A stretch of DNA of 64,000 nucleotides, taken from Vermamoeba vermiformis (lineage: Eukaryota). The notes under the pieces are model-generated. The model saw only the letters and a list, made by a program, of their open reading frames with translations, was not told the DNA's origin and did no database searches. The position numbers were made by a program, and so were the translations under genes. Below are positions 24,808-36,761 of this stretch, in pieces (positions within the stretch are counted from its first letter, which is position 1; the number at the start of each line of letters is the position of its first letter). The stretch is from contig JBEWZL010000008.1 of assembly GCA_045837725.1 (NCBI GenBank), positions 124,001 to 188,000 on the forward strand. Reading direction: 5' to 3'.

Positions 24808-27800
24808 ATGCAGAAAGAGCAGGCCTCATTGGAAGTGTTGCAAAAGTATTTATTGGATCGGGACTGGAAAGCAGCAGAAACTTTGTTGAGCTCGGATGAC
24901 TTCAAGGATGATCGTAAATACGCTGCGGAATATTTATGTATTTTGTCGATTTATTTAACCACTTTTTAGGCAATTTCTCTTTTGAGGACGTCGAGTTTGG
25001 AACTGTTACTCCATTAGAGCTGCTTATCATTTTCAATCAGCCCGATCTCATCGATCTCTTGTTGCCAAAGACTACTAGTCTGATATTGAGAAACCAAAAG
25101 AAGTTGTAAGAATTTAATTAGAAACCGAATCCAATCTAATTGAAGCAGATCACTTCGCTATTTGATCAAAAAGTACGGCGTTCGCCTGAATGATGTATCA
25201 AAAATCATTTCTAAGATAATTCCGGAGAGCCAAACGAGACGACAATATTACAAGCCCCTTTATGGTTCAGATCTTGCTAATGCAATTATTGAAGGTTATG
25301 CAGAGGTAAATATAACAATAACGTGTAGATAATAGGCTAATAGACGTATTGTCGTATAGATTGTAAAAGAAGAGTTGAAGCCAAATATGCAAGTCGAGAT
25401 AGGAGTTCCTTATTTCTCTCGAACCTATCTACAAATAGCCGCCATTTCTGGCCGTAGTGAAATCTGCAAGATGCTACTTGAGCATCCAAAGTTTGTGGTA
25501 GGCACCTATTATGCGTTACGTTCATATCGTACTGAATGACTCATTAGGATGCTATCGGCGCGTCTGACAAACTAGGCACTGGCACTGCTTTGAACACCGC
25601 GGTGAGACTCGGACATGCGCAGGTCGTGGCGCTGTTGCTAGAGCATAAGGCAGTGGTAGACACTATAAACGATGTTGCACTCGGCACGAACTTGACATAC
25701 TTGGCCCTTGCTGTCAGGCTCTTGCATGTGGATGTAGTGCAGGTGCTGCTCAAGTACGGTGCTGACGCGAACATGTAAGTGAGTTTTTCTTAACCAATGA
25801 TCATTTAATAACTTTTTTGCTTAGTAACACCCCTCGCACGTTATTACAAATAGTGCTAAGCAAGTAAGTTAGAGCCACAAGTCATTTTTTTGTACTCACG
25901 CTTTTGAAGGGAGTCTTGGTTACGTGCTCAATACTTTGCAAGCACGTTTGATGTAGAAAGAATAGCACTGTTGTTGACACAAGCTGGGGCACCTGTCGAT
26001 GGCTTAAATGATGAACAACAAAAACTTCTAGACCAAATTGTGCGGCGTCAAAAAGAGGCCATCGCTACTTCACACGATTCACCACCTGCCGCAGATGGGT
26101 ATCATTTAGACGTTATTCTAGACCACCAAGATATTATGAATATCATTTTCAATAAGTTGTACCTGCGAGAGTTCGCAATATTTATACGAGCCTCGAAGAA
26201 AATTCACCGTGCAGCGGAGCAATGTAACATTTGGAAGAAAAACTTGCGGTGCCATTATAAAGCAAGCAACGGCAAGTCAATCAAAAGTTTCACACCGCAG
26301 ACTATCTGGACACGCGTACAACAGTTGACTCTCGTGATGGATTGGAAAGAATTGGAAGAACTCAATCTCATAACACGGTTTCATCAGCTAAGATACCTCG
26401 ATGCCTCGCCGGCTGCCAAATTATCAGCCAAGCTTTTCCAAGAAATTCTCGCGCAATGCCGTCACTTGCACACGCTCAAAGTATTTGCCATGCCACTAGC
26501 TCTGCCTGACTCCTCTATCTGTTCCACGAGTTTAACACGTCTTGACAGCATGTCAGGGGACGAGAAGGACGAAGATACTGTCAACGTGTTCAAAGCAATG
26601 CCAAACCTCCAACGGCTCAAACTCGACGTTATCAATTGGAAGTTAGAGACGTATTTAAAGGCCATTGAAAGTGTGCAACAATACTGCACGGCATTGAAGG
26701 ACTTACGCGTTACGACGTACAATCTCTCGAATGTCACTGAAAATCTCCTCAAAGGGTTCGCTCATCTTGAAAGTCTAGCATTCGCGTTCAATTCAAATTC
26801 GCTCGAAATTGTGGCACACCATTGTTCGAACTTGACAAAGCTTGTTATACAAGGCAGTAGTGACTGTTCAGACTATCTTAATCGTCCGAACAACGCAGTC
26901 CTCCGATTGACACGTTTGACGTCCTTCACCTTAGAACACATGGGACAGAGTAAGCGATATAAACGTGTTTTATTATTGAATAATTAATGATATCTTGATT
27001 AGTGCCAAATGATGAATTTGTGGCGAAGTTACTAATAAGCAATTCGAAATTGCGAAAGTTGGACGGCAGTCTCATTTCAGCGAACATTTTTGAGAGCCTA
27101 AGTCAATACAACGGCAATCTAACTGTACTTAAACGTAAGTCTAGGGACCTATTATTAACGGCACTAACCGAATTCAGATTATAACCTTATTGTATCTGGA
27201 AATGTTTCGCTGAAGTCGACTCCTCGGGCGTTTTTTGGTCTGAAAAAACTGCACCTTGCCAAGGTAAAAATCAATTTTCTTAACGTATCCATTGTTAATA
27301 ACTGAGTCTTTTAGATAACGCCGCAACATTTTTATATGATTCTCGATGCTTGTCCGCAGCTAGAATACGTTTCGGCAACTTTATCGGATGAAAACACCGC
27401 GGAGGATGCAGAGCCCAGTGAAGTTGATTTCGGTCAAATATTTTCTCGAGCACCGAATTTAAAGGAACTTTCTCTTCGTGCGACTTTTAATCGTTCAAAC
27501 TTTGGGTCAGTAACAATGTCTATATGCATAACTTACCTAATGATTTTTCTTAGCGATCTGGTCATAGCGCCGAATCTTGTCTGCCTCAAATTAGAATTTA
27601 TGGCCCAATTGGACCTCATTAGCGATGCCTTATTGTTGTATTTGGCGCAATGTTGTCCGATGCTTGAACGTTTGAAATTACCGTACAGCATGCTTTTTTC
27701 GCAATGTGAGTTACTTGGGGCATCCTATAATGCACTATCGATTAAATATACGATAACAGGTGTTGCAGTGTATTGGCGCAGATATTTATTATTTAGAAGA

Positions 27801-27890
27801 TATTGAATGCTCGAACTGGAACGATATTCAGCCCTGGATCCGCTCTGAAAGAACAAACGGTGTCAAAACGTATTATAGCTGGGTTTAGCA
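24808..27890 (+). CDS. ankyrin-repeat + F-box-like + LRR protein (multi-exon, 3' end approximate)
   Basis: Ankyrin motifs (TALNTAVRLGHAQVVALLLEHKA; VQVLLKYGADAN), F-box-like ILDHQDIMNIIFNKLYLREFAIFIRASKKI, then cysteine-containing LRRs (HCSNLTKLVI, CPQLEYV, CPMLERL). Confidence 0.75.
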
Positions 27891-28180
27891 CTTTGTATCA
27901 TACGTCACATTGCCAGCATTTATTGTGCAATTCGAAGAAAATCACGTGGTCCCGAGTTGCGGCAGCTCTAATTCGCTTTTGTCTTTTATTAGTTTAACTC
28001 AGTTCGGAGATGAACTAATATTAATATACGATGTATCCTGGCCTCACTTTTGAAAACGCTGGTGCCGATCCAGGGGGGCAATTAAATTGGATATTTAATC
28101 AAAAAAAAAATAATTAGAAGGGTACACGAAAGAAAAAAGACTATTTACATTTATTATTTACAATCAGTAATATATTAAAA

Positions 28181-28564
28181 TCAACGCGTTAAAAAGAAAA
28201 TTGAGCTGGCTAGTATTGCAAATAAAAAAATAAAGAGCAGGCACAACATCATCGCGCCTAACTCCCTGCAAGCTTCCTTGGGGTCCTTGAGTCTAGTGTC
28301 GCAGCGAGGGCACACAAACATTTGCGGTTTCCCGTAGATCGAGCACTTGATCATGTGGCCAACGCAGATCATGCTCTCGCACGACATGCACTTGCTTGTA
28401 GCTTGGTATTCGCAGCCATCAAAGTTGCAACGATGTATTTTTAAGCTAGTATCGCCATTTGGAGTGGGCGTTGACGTCAAATCTGAGGTTTCCAGTTGGA
28501 CGACTGTTTCAGGCTTAGGAACCGAAGTAGTTCTTCTTAAAGTAGTCATTTGCGTGTTGTTCAC
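28181..28564 (-). CDS. small zinc-finger (B-box-like Cys/His) protein with C-terminal TM helix
   Basis: RCNFDGCEYQATSKCMSCESMICVGH...CPRC then MMLCLLFIFLFAILASSIFFL; start codon uncertain. Confidence 0.7.
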   Translation of the reverse strand: MNNTQMTTLRRTTSVPKPETVVQLETSDLTSTPTPNGDTSLKIHRCNFDGCEYQATSKCMSCESMICVGHMIKCSIYGKPQMFVCPRCDTRLKDPKEACRELGAMMLCLLFIFLFAILASSIFFLTR

Positions 28565-28941
28565 TGTAGTAATATAGAATAATGATAAGGCAGATATTTA
28601 TATAGTGCCACATCGAAAAAGTAAAAACGAAAAAACGAAAAAACAGGACGAGTTGCAGGGCCACAATTTTTTTGCCTTTATTTCGCAATCGAAGTTAGAA
28701 ACCTTGCTAAAACCAGCAACGGTTTTGAAGGTTCAAGCAATAAAGTCAGCAGATTCGGGCGAAAGGACCAGTTCTGTAACCTCGAGTAAGTACGGATGTT
28801 TTTTTTTTTTTTGATCACAAAAAATTGCAGTTCTAGAGCCAGAAAAAACGGAAGTTTTGTTCAACCGGAGCAAAATTTGCATCCATTCATATATATTATA
28901 ATAATTATTATATTATATTATTAATGGCATATTTATTCAGT

Positions 28942-30440
28942 TTATTTTTCTGTCTTCGTAGCTAAGTTATTGTTGATGACTTGCGACTCAAAATTAGATC
29001 TGCCAGCGGTGAATGTTTTTCTTCGCATTTTGCATCTGTAACGCACTTCATTGACATCTTCAAAACGAATATAGACGCCTTCTTGCGTCTCTTTGCCGTA
29101 ACTCGACGGCTGATCCACTAACTTTTTCAACTCGGCTCCTAACTTCGATTGTTGCATATCCTTAGACTAACAATAGAAATACTATTAATATACATTAATA
29201 GTAAGAATTATTATCGTTAAAGTAGCCTTTCGAAAAATATCTGTGAAAAATTTGATTCACGTGAAAAAATCAAAGATATTTTTAAGGGTTGTGAACGTAC
29301 CGTGAATCGTTTGACCAGCGGAACAACTGTGAATTTTCCGTCGATTAATTTGACTAATTGATCGTACGGCACAAATTTGTTGGTTGTTTTGTCCAAAATG
29401 TCAAACACGATGAAAAAGTCTGGTAACGCGTCATAACCAACACTGTGTTTGCACCACAGCCATTCTCCGAATAGGCAGTACCTTCATATAAACAATTAAT
29501 ACGAGAATTGTAAAGGGGTTGAACGGTGTGACCAGATCCGGCTGTAAAAATTTAACAGCTTGATCCAAAATTGCAAATACGTACTTATTTGTTAAGATAT
29601 TCCATAATACTTCCATATGTTGATAAATATAGTCTCTGTATACGTTATATTGAGGTTTCTCTCCGTTACCAACAATTCCTAAGACGAGATCTTCGATTAG
29701 AATTGTACTTTTTAAAAAGGACTTTTACTGACCAGACCGTTTTTGAATAATAGGCTGCCATTCTTCCTTGAAATGTACTGACACATTGGCTCCTATAAAA
29801 TCGATTATTTTAGCGAAGTGCAGCGGAATTGAATCACGCGTCTCAAAAATTGAGAAAAAAAATGTAAAATAAATTTGTAATATTGTATTATTGTTAGCCC
29901 GATTCAAATCCCCCCCCTGTGCATTTTAGGAATTTTAATTCGAATTTTTAAAAAAGTTGAGGAATTTATTTTGGCGCTCAGTCGACACCCAGCCGCCTGG
30001 TTCTTAGCGGCAGCGATAGCATATATATCCAACTATATTATTGTTGGTATGTCGCTGTTATGGTTGGTCTGGGGTAACGACTACCACGCCCAGAAAACTG
30101 ATAATTATAATTTTTAAATTCGTAATTCACACAAGGGGGGGATTTGAATCGGGCCAACAATAATGTGTAATTGAGTTCTAGTATCTTAAATGGTTAAAAT
30201 TGCAGGAGAATAATTTTAAAATTTAATTAACAAATTTTGGGTCTTTAACGGTTGTAAATCTGGATCTGTCCTGTATTATCACGTACCATCGACTTTTTCT
30301 TGCACAATAACATTAGTAATATTATATGACTTGATCATGGAGTTCATTTGCTCTTCGGTAATAACTTCATCGTCATCCACGACTTCAGATCCAGCCATGT
30401 GCGGTGTGCGAGGAAACTTGAAAAACGGTTGTTCTTCCAT
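28942..30440 (-). CDS. RNA ligase-type covalent nucleotidyltransferase (multi-exon)
   Basis: FKFPRTPH; motif I QEKVDG/ANVS split by intron 29793-30286; LFGEW; HSVGYDALPDFFIVFD; QEGVYIR; RCKMRRKTF. Confidence 0.88.
29887..30164 (-). repeat. 35-bp inverted repeat enclosing a GC-rich nested hairpin, within the RNA ligase intron
   Basis: 29887-29921 ATTATTGTTAGCCCGATTCAAATCCCCCCCCTGTG versus the reverse complement of 30130-30164: 33/35 identical. Inner stems at 29973-30090. Confidence 0.92.
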
Positions 30441-30740
30441 TATTAGAATTTAATATGTGGTGATTGTTCTATTGTACAATTTTGATAATTTAATAATATC
30501 GTTTCAACGAACAAATTGATTTTTGTTTTATCAGTCACGTGCTCGATCTGCTTTAATTCGCAGTTCGGTTCGTGCAATGTTACTAGCCTAAAAAATACGA
30601 ATACGTGTTGTATTTATTACATTCTATAGCAATTACATTAATTTGAGATCTGCTGTGGACAGATCCAGCCCCAACAAAATGCGTTATTTAAATACAAGTC
30701 TTATTTAACAATAGTAAATCATTTATTTTAGATTGTTTTA

Positions 30741-33700
30741 CTACGAATTAAATCGCACTTTATCGAGCCACTGATTGAAGTACTCGACGTTAATATTCTT
30801 CGGCAACACTTCCAAGCTCGTGACAGCTGTCAATGGCTTATCAATCTGTTCTAAATATAGACTCATTTCACGCTCAAAGTCATCGTTAATTTCTTCGTCT
30901 TTTCGTGAAAATTCTAACGCTTTGTTGACCGCGTTAAAAATATCCGTTGAAACAGTCTCTGGTAGACTTTGCTGCAGTTCTTTTAAGCACGTGATTACTA
31001 TATTTAGTATATCGACCAATTTTTGCACTTCGAGAGGCTGATTATTGCTATTTTTGGCATTTTTCATTTTTTCTTTTGCCTTGATCCGCTTGACTTGGCT
31101 GACAATATAACCCTGGCACTGTGCCAGCAATGCATTATTTCTGCAAATATTTGCTGATGAATTGTTCCGCAGGTCAGTCCATAGTTCGTGTTCGTAAACC
31201 ACTGAGATTTTTCCGTCGGTTTGTTCTTTGAATAAATTTTCGATTAAAACGCTCAGATCCAGTCTGGTCACGTGATCCAAAAACTTCCTTATTTCTATAA
31301 TAGTATATTTCACTGAATTTTGAGGCTCGATCTCGACTTGTTGTGAAATTTCAGGTTTGTTCTGATTGGTCGTCAATAACTCTCGTTCTTTCAATTTAAA
31401 TTTGTTGATTTCTTTTCCTTTTTTAGACTGGACTGGGCCCTTTTGCGTCTTATTTTCATTTGCAGGCGCTGAACTGATCAAATCGATCTCGGTCCATGGA
31501 TTAGTTCCCGCATTGGGTCTGATCAGTGACTTGACTAACAATTCAATATTCGCTGCATAGACTCCAAAGTACTTGTTCTCAACACTGCAAATTAATCGTT
31601 ATTATTATGTAAATTAATAATGAAATAATTTTTCGTTCGATGAAATTTCGGATGTGGATCGGATCTGACTTACTGATTGAACGTTAGGAATAATAACCGG
31701 CCTTTAATAAGGTCATCCATATTAATGTTATCGAATAGCTCTTTGTTCTTGATAAATCTAGCTTCATATTTGCTCGAGTAAGGTGCAAGCAGATCTGCTC
31801 ATAAAAATTAATTAACGCCCGAACTTAACCTTAATAATAGTAGAACTTACTATTATCCTCGTATGTTTGCCTTAAATGGAAATACCAATCTTTGCACATA
31901 TCTAATCGTTTTTGCGTATCCAGATCTTCGTCTTGAAACGTTTCCAAAGCCTTTTCGACAATTTCGACTTGTTCAGTGAATTGTTTGTTCAATTCTTCGT
32001 GCGTGAATTGACAGCCACGAACTTTCAATAAAAATTCGCGGTCTTTTGAGCCATTAGGCAGCCATACTTCGATGTTTCTAGTCGTCGCGGCTGTTTGAGT
32101 TTAATTTAAGAAATTTCCTTATTTGGAAATAATGGTGTAGTACCTTGTTTTGCATGCACGAGACAGCGGAATAATATGTACCATTTTTTCATTAATTTCT
32201 TTTCCAATTCTTCGATAGAATCTTCTTCGTTTTGGAACTCATCCACATGTTTCTTAAAAAAGGAAATAAAATCAGTATTTAGGAGATAGTTTATATAATA
32301 ATATACTCACACTATCAGTGTCGACTATCATCGCGTCGCGTTTTCTTTTCTCCTTTAACTGACTGATTTTTTCGTGCATTTTGAGCACCATCCTTTGACC
32401 TATTAAAATCAATCAGGACCGTAGTCAATAACAACAATATAAGCACGAATATGTTACCCTTGTTGCCCATGACTTCGATCATATACTTATTGATCGCTTG
32501 CTTCGTCAGAAACACGTTTCTGAAATTGTTTTTGAGCTCGATCCACAACGGATCTTCGTAGTGCACGTGTTCAGTGGCTTGGAATAGCGACTCAATCGAC
32601 TTAGTATCGCCTTCGAGCACTATTTGTAGGAAGTATTCGATGCCCTGCAATAGTATTGCTCCGTTAGTATGACAAATTTCATTGCAAAAATTTCTTGCAG
32701 ATCCGGACTTCTAATAATAATAGAGGGATATGAAAGTATAGAATAGAGTGGCAAAAAGCAAAAAAGATAAGAGCACAACACCTCCGATTCCCAGGTAGTC
32801 TCCTACCCCAGTACTAAGAAGGCCTGAACAAGCTTAACTTCGCTGATCGGACGGGAAGCGGTGCATTCTTGTTAGTGTGGTCGTGCCCGAGACGCCTTGC
32901 AACTCAGAGTTCGGGTCACTACTTGCTACGACCAAAAAACATTCGTGCAACCCCTTCGTCTGATCAGCAAATATTCAAGCATTCAATTTTGTTTTGGATC
33001 CACGTGTCATCGTCAAATTTCGTAAGCACCCAACGGTAAGGCAATAATATATATAATACATACGTAAATAGTATAGTCAGGTCTGATTCCATCGGGATTT
33101 TTTATGCTCTGTGCAAACGGTGAAAATCCAACGAGTTTTTTGACCGGCGATAAAATGACAATGAACATGTCTTGGTCACTGCCCTAAGTGATCATATTAG
33201 TATTATTTAATTATAATATGATATATTACGTACTTGCACGTTCAAATTATACCGTTTAGAGCCCAAATAAGTCGCCATCAAAACTTTGCCTAAATTCGTT
33301 TCAATGTGTTTCAACAACATGGCCCATAACTCCGCTGAACTCATTTGTTCTTCAACTTCATCGTCTAATATAAAAAATGTCTTGTCTTGTTTCAACCTAC
33401 GCAATAAATTAAATAAATAAAATTGAATTAAAAAATTAAGACAAATTTTTTTCGCCGTGGTGGAATTGATAATTCAACAATAAATTTAGTATTATAAGTT
33501 GTTATATGATAGTATTATAATAATTTTATACGTACTTTTCAAGTTCTAATCGTTTCTTAGTATCTTCCTCGTGTTTTTTATCAAATTCTTGATCGATCAG
33601 TGCACACAGTTCTTTACCGACTTGAGCGGAAATTTCCTGGCAATTTCGACTCAAATTGACCGGTGAATTGTTCGTTAATTCGTTCATCAAATGCTTTGTT

Positions 33701-34376
33701 TTTTCAAACGGCAATCCATCGCTAAATTTTTCACGCCTAAAAAAATATCTTGTCAGAAGCAATATTACTCAATATAGAAATATAAAATCGATAGTATAGA
33801 TCGTACTATTAATTAAAATATTAGTATAATTGCGAGTATAACGTTAGAAAGTAGATCTAAGTCAAAAAGGTCGGTCCAAATTTTTTTCGCTCGTACTTTT
33901 TGAGCCATTTGATTTTGAACGGCGGTGCTAATTGGCGGGAAAATCCTTCGTTATCTTCACTCGTGTCTATTGGCAAGAACACAAAATCAGCTGGGAATTG
34001 GATCTTCGAGGCCATGAAACCGTAGCCTTGATACGACTTGTGGCCTGATACTGACACGATAAATATGACTCGATCGCATGTCTAATATAATTAATATTAA
34101 TATTAATAACGAAAATAAGTGGATCTTACGTCGTACGCTGAATTAAAAATTTCGTGCGGCTGTGGGGGTAATGCACGAATGGTCGTGGCCCTATAATAGT
34201 AATCAGAATATACTAAATACAGTAACAATATTGGAATTGAATGGAAATTAGGTTGATTAGTAAATTTAAATTACAAAAAAATTAACGTAAAATTAAACTG
34301 ACCAGTATTCATCGGCAAATGATTTCTTTAAATTATCCAAATCATGTGACTTCAAAATAAAATATTTGCAATTCAT
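30741..34376 (-). CDS. YTH-domain protein with long uncharacterised C-terminal region (multi-exon)
   Basis: KYFILKSHDLDNLKKS..EYWAT; RVIFIVSVSGHKSYQGYGFMAS; FKIKWL; LPFEKTKHLMNELTNNSPVNLSRNCQEI..VGKELCALID. Confidence 0.85.
32769..32888 (-). rRNA. 5S rRNA gene (copy 2, 120 nt) in YTH-gene intron 32645-33063
   Basis: Identical to copy 1 except for a 1-nt indel (GCGAAGTTAAGC here); T-run terminator follows on the minus strand. Confidence 0.96.
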
Positions 34377-34576
34377 CTGCGAGTATCTGTTGGGTTGAAC
34401 CACTAGTCTTTGATCTCAAATCCGTTTGCAGAGTCCCACTGTTGGCTAATCAAATCTACTCGGGCCAATAAAGTATTAACTCTACTTGTGTGGTGTAAGA
34501 AAGATTTTTTTTGGGCAATACAAACTCCGTGGCGAGATAAAATTTATTGTTATCAAATCAATTGAACGAGAACGCC

Positions 34577-35329
34577 ATGAATGAGGAGCGCGAGCAGTGT
34601 TTATTAATAGCCACAATAGCACTCGAATGCGGACGGTATTTAGAAGTGATAGAGGCATTACGACCGATCTTTAGTCAAAAGATCGAACTGACATCTGCTG
34701 AGCGACGATTGCTTGGAGAGGCATTTCAGAAAATACCCATTGATTTGAGATTCAGTATGTATAGCATCCATAGTCTGCTTAAAAAGGCGGAAGAGGAAGA
34801 CAACGAGCCTCGAGTGAATTTAATCCAAAATTATTATCAGAAATTAGAACACGAATTCAGACAACGACTTAAGGAGTGTTCAAATATAATACACGAATAT
34901 TTACTGCCATATACGAATAATCCTGAAGCTCAAGTCCATTATTTGTTAATGCAGATTCATTATTGGATGAGGCTCAGCGACTTTGCTAGAGGTCCAGAAC
35001 AAGTCTCTGCAATATCAAATACACATGCACTATTTAAAAAAGCTAAAGGCATTGCAGACGCGCATTTAAAAGTCACAAATCTACTTGTTCTCAAAGTAAT
35101 TTTGGGTTACACAACGTTCCTGCATGCACGACTTGATAAACCATATGAAGCGGCGACACTAGGCAGACAGACCTATTTGGCCGTGGTGGAGCACATAGAC
35201 GAGGTCACGGAGGCAGAATATTCCGAGATTTCACCGTTGCTCCGACAAATCGAAGACACTTACCGCCACGCGAGTCATTTTGTGCCTGATGATACCGAAG
35301 AGACGAATAGAACTGTTGCTAGCACTTAA
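34577..35329 (+). CDS. highly divergent 14-3-3-like protein, intronless
   Basis: EREQCLLIATIALECGRYLEV; ELTSAERRLLGEAF; NPEAQVHYLLMQIHYWMRL; HLKVTNLLVLKVILGYTTF; YSEISPLLRQIEDT. Confidence 0.85.
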   Translation: MNEEREQCLLIATIALECGRYLEVIEALRPIFSQKIELTSAERRLLGEAFQKIPIDLRFSMYSIHSLLKKAEEEDNEPRVNLIQNYYQKLEHEFRQRLKECSNIIHEYLLPYTNNPEAQVHYLLMQIHYWMRLSDFARGPEQVSAISNTHALFKKAKGIADAHLKVTNLLVLKVILGYTTFLHARLDKPYEAATLGRQTYLAVVEHIDEVTEAEYSEISPLLRQIEDTYRHASHFVPDDTEETNRTVAST

Positions 35330-35824
35330 ATAGTCTCTAAGAGCTCTTGAAGACCAGATCTGAGCCAGTACAAAACGCGATCCGAAGAACAGCCTTGCCT
35401 CCGCTTGCCACACGCATTATCTCCAGCCCAATAGATACAATTCCATTTTGCACCGAGAGCCAAGCAACGAGTATATTGCATGGTTGTTATTTTCCAGAAA
35501 AGGCAAGCACGATCGGCTTACATCCAGAAGATGCATTATTTCTATTATTATTGACCTTTTGAATAATAATAATGTGTAAGTAGATACCACTCCTATCACG
35601 CACGAGATGAAGCATTTCTGGCTGGCATTGCAATTGGATAGTGAATCGTAAATGCACCGGATGCGTAATAAAGGTAATATAGAAGTATTGGTGTATTAAC
35701 GCGTAATGTATTAATATATCTATTACCTTAGTAATATACACCACGATATGAGTGCTAGTCTCGCTCTTAATGCCGTTATGACTCAAACAAATATTTATCT
35801 CTAGTCTCGTACGTCAGGTTTACA

Positions 35825-36761
35825 TTACAAGACTAACAACGACACTACTGATACCACCAACAAACTAGCTTTCATGCCCGCACTAGCACTGGACTTCTTA
35901 GCAGGAGTTTGTACCGGTGTGGATGTGGATGGCGCGGAGTTGGCTTGAGGAGCGGTGTTGACGACAGGAGCAGCGAGCGGGGCATCGGCTACTGGTGTCT
36001 CAGGGACGAGTGCGCAGTACGCTTTGAAGTCCGTGTCGTAGTTGACGACGAACGTGCATTGTTCACTCGTGCTGGTCACATTTTTCATTGCAGTGCCGGC
36101 CACACATAGACTCGTAGTGTCGAAAAATGATGTTTGGAGCTCGTTGTTCACGCATTGGTGAAATTTGGTAATTGTTCCATCAACTCCTGCGAAGCACGTG
36201 TCGACTGGAGCTAAATTTAAAAATTTAAAAAATTAGATCTTGAAAAAAAATATATTTTAGTACTGACCAGCAATTGCATAAGCGTAAGGCAAGGTTTGGT
36301 CTTTCAGCGTACAAGACGTATCCGTGGAAGTGTAGTAATAGCTGCGCGCAAAGCTTGTGTTGGAACTAATGGCCACCATCGGATCTTCAGTTACGCATTC
36401 GCCCAAGATGTACACGCCGTTCATAGTACCGCAGTTAGGATAAGGATTGCTACACGACTGACATATATAATCATTTTAGTGCTTAATATTTGTTGTTGGA
36501 GCAAATTTAAATTTTCGAACCTAAATCCAAAAAACTAAAAAAATGATTTAGCGGCACTTACCGAGAGGGGTTGCGAGTAAAATCCGCCATTGGATTCGGT
36601 GCATTGAGAATCCGTATAGGTGGTGATTTTGAGATAAGTCACTTGAGCCAAAGCAATATTTATCGCGACGAGCAAGAAAACGAATGCGCTTGTAAGTCTC
36701 ATAATATTCTATTGATAATATATAATTATGCTCTTTATATTATTAGCTATTGACTTACCAT
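35825..36761 (-). CDS. secreted/GPI-anchored Cys-containing surface protein
   Basis: ATG-only first exon, signal peptide RLTSAFVFLLVAINIALAQ, Cys-spaced domains, P/T/S stalk (QTPAKKSSAS), hydrophobic C-terminus. Confidence 0.75.

Noticed and set aside
29899-29913. GATTCAAATCCC resembling a tRNA T-loop/B-box
   Set aside because: No cloverleaf or A-box, and it deviates from GTTC; it is part of the inverted-repeat arm.
29973-30090. TPP riboswitch, SRP Alu or hammerhead identity for the intronic core
   Set aside because: Only short resemblances (GGGTGTCGACTGAG, GGGCGTGGTAG); the required conserved cores are missing.
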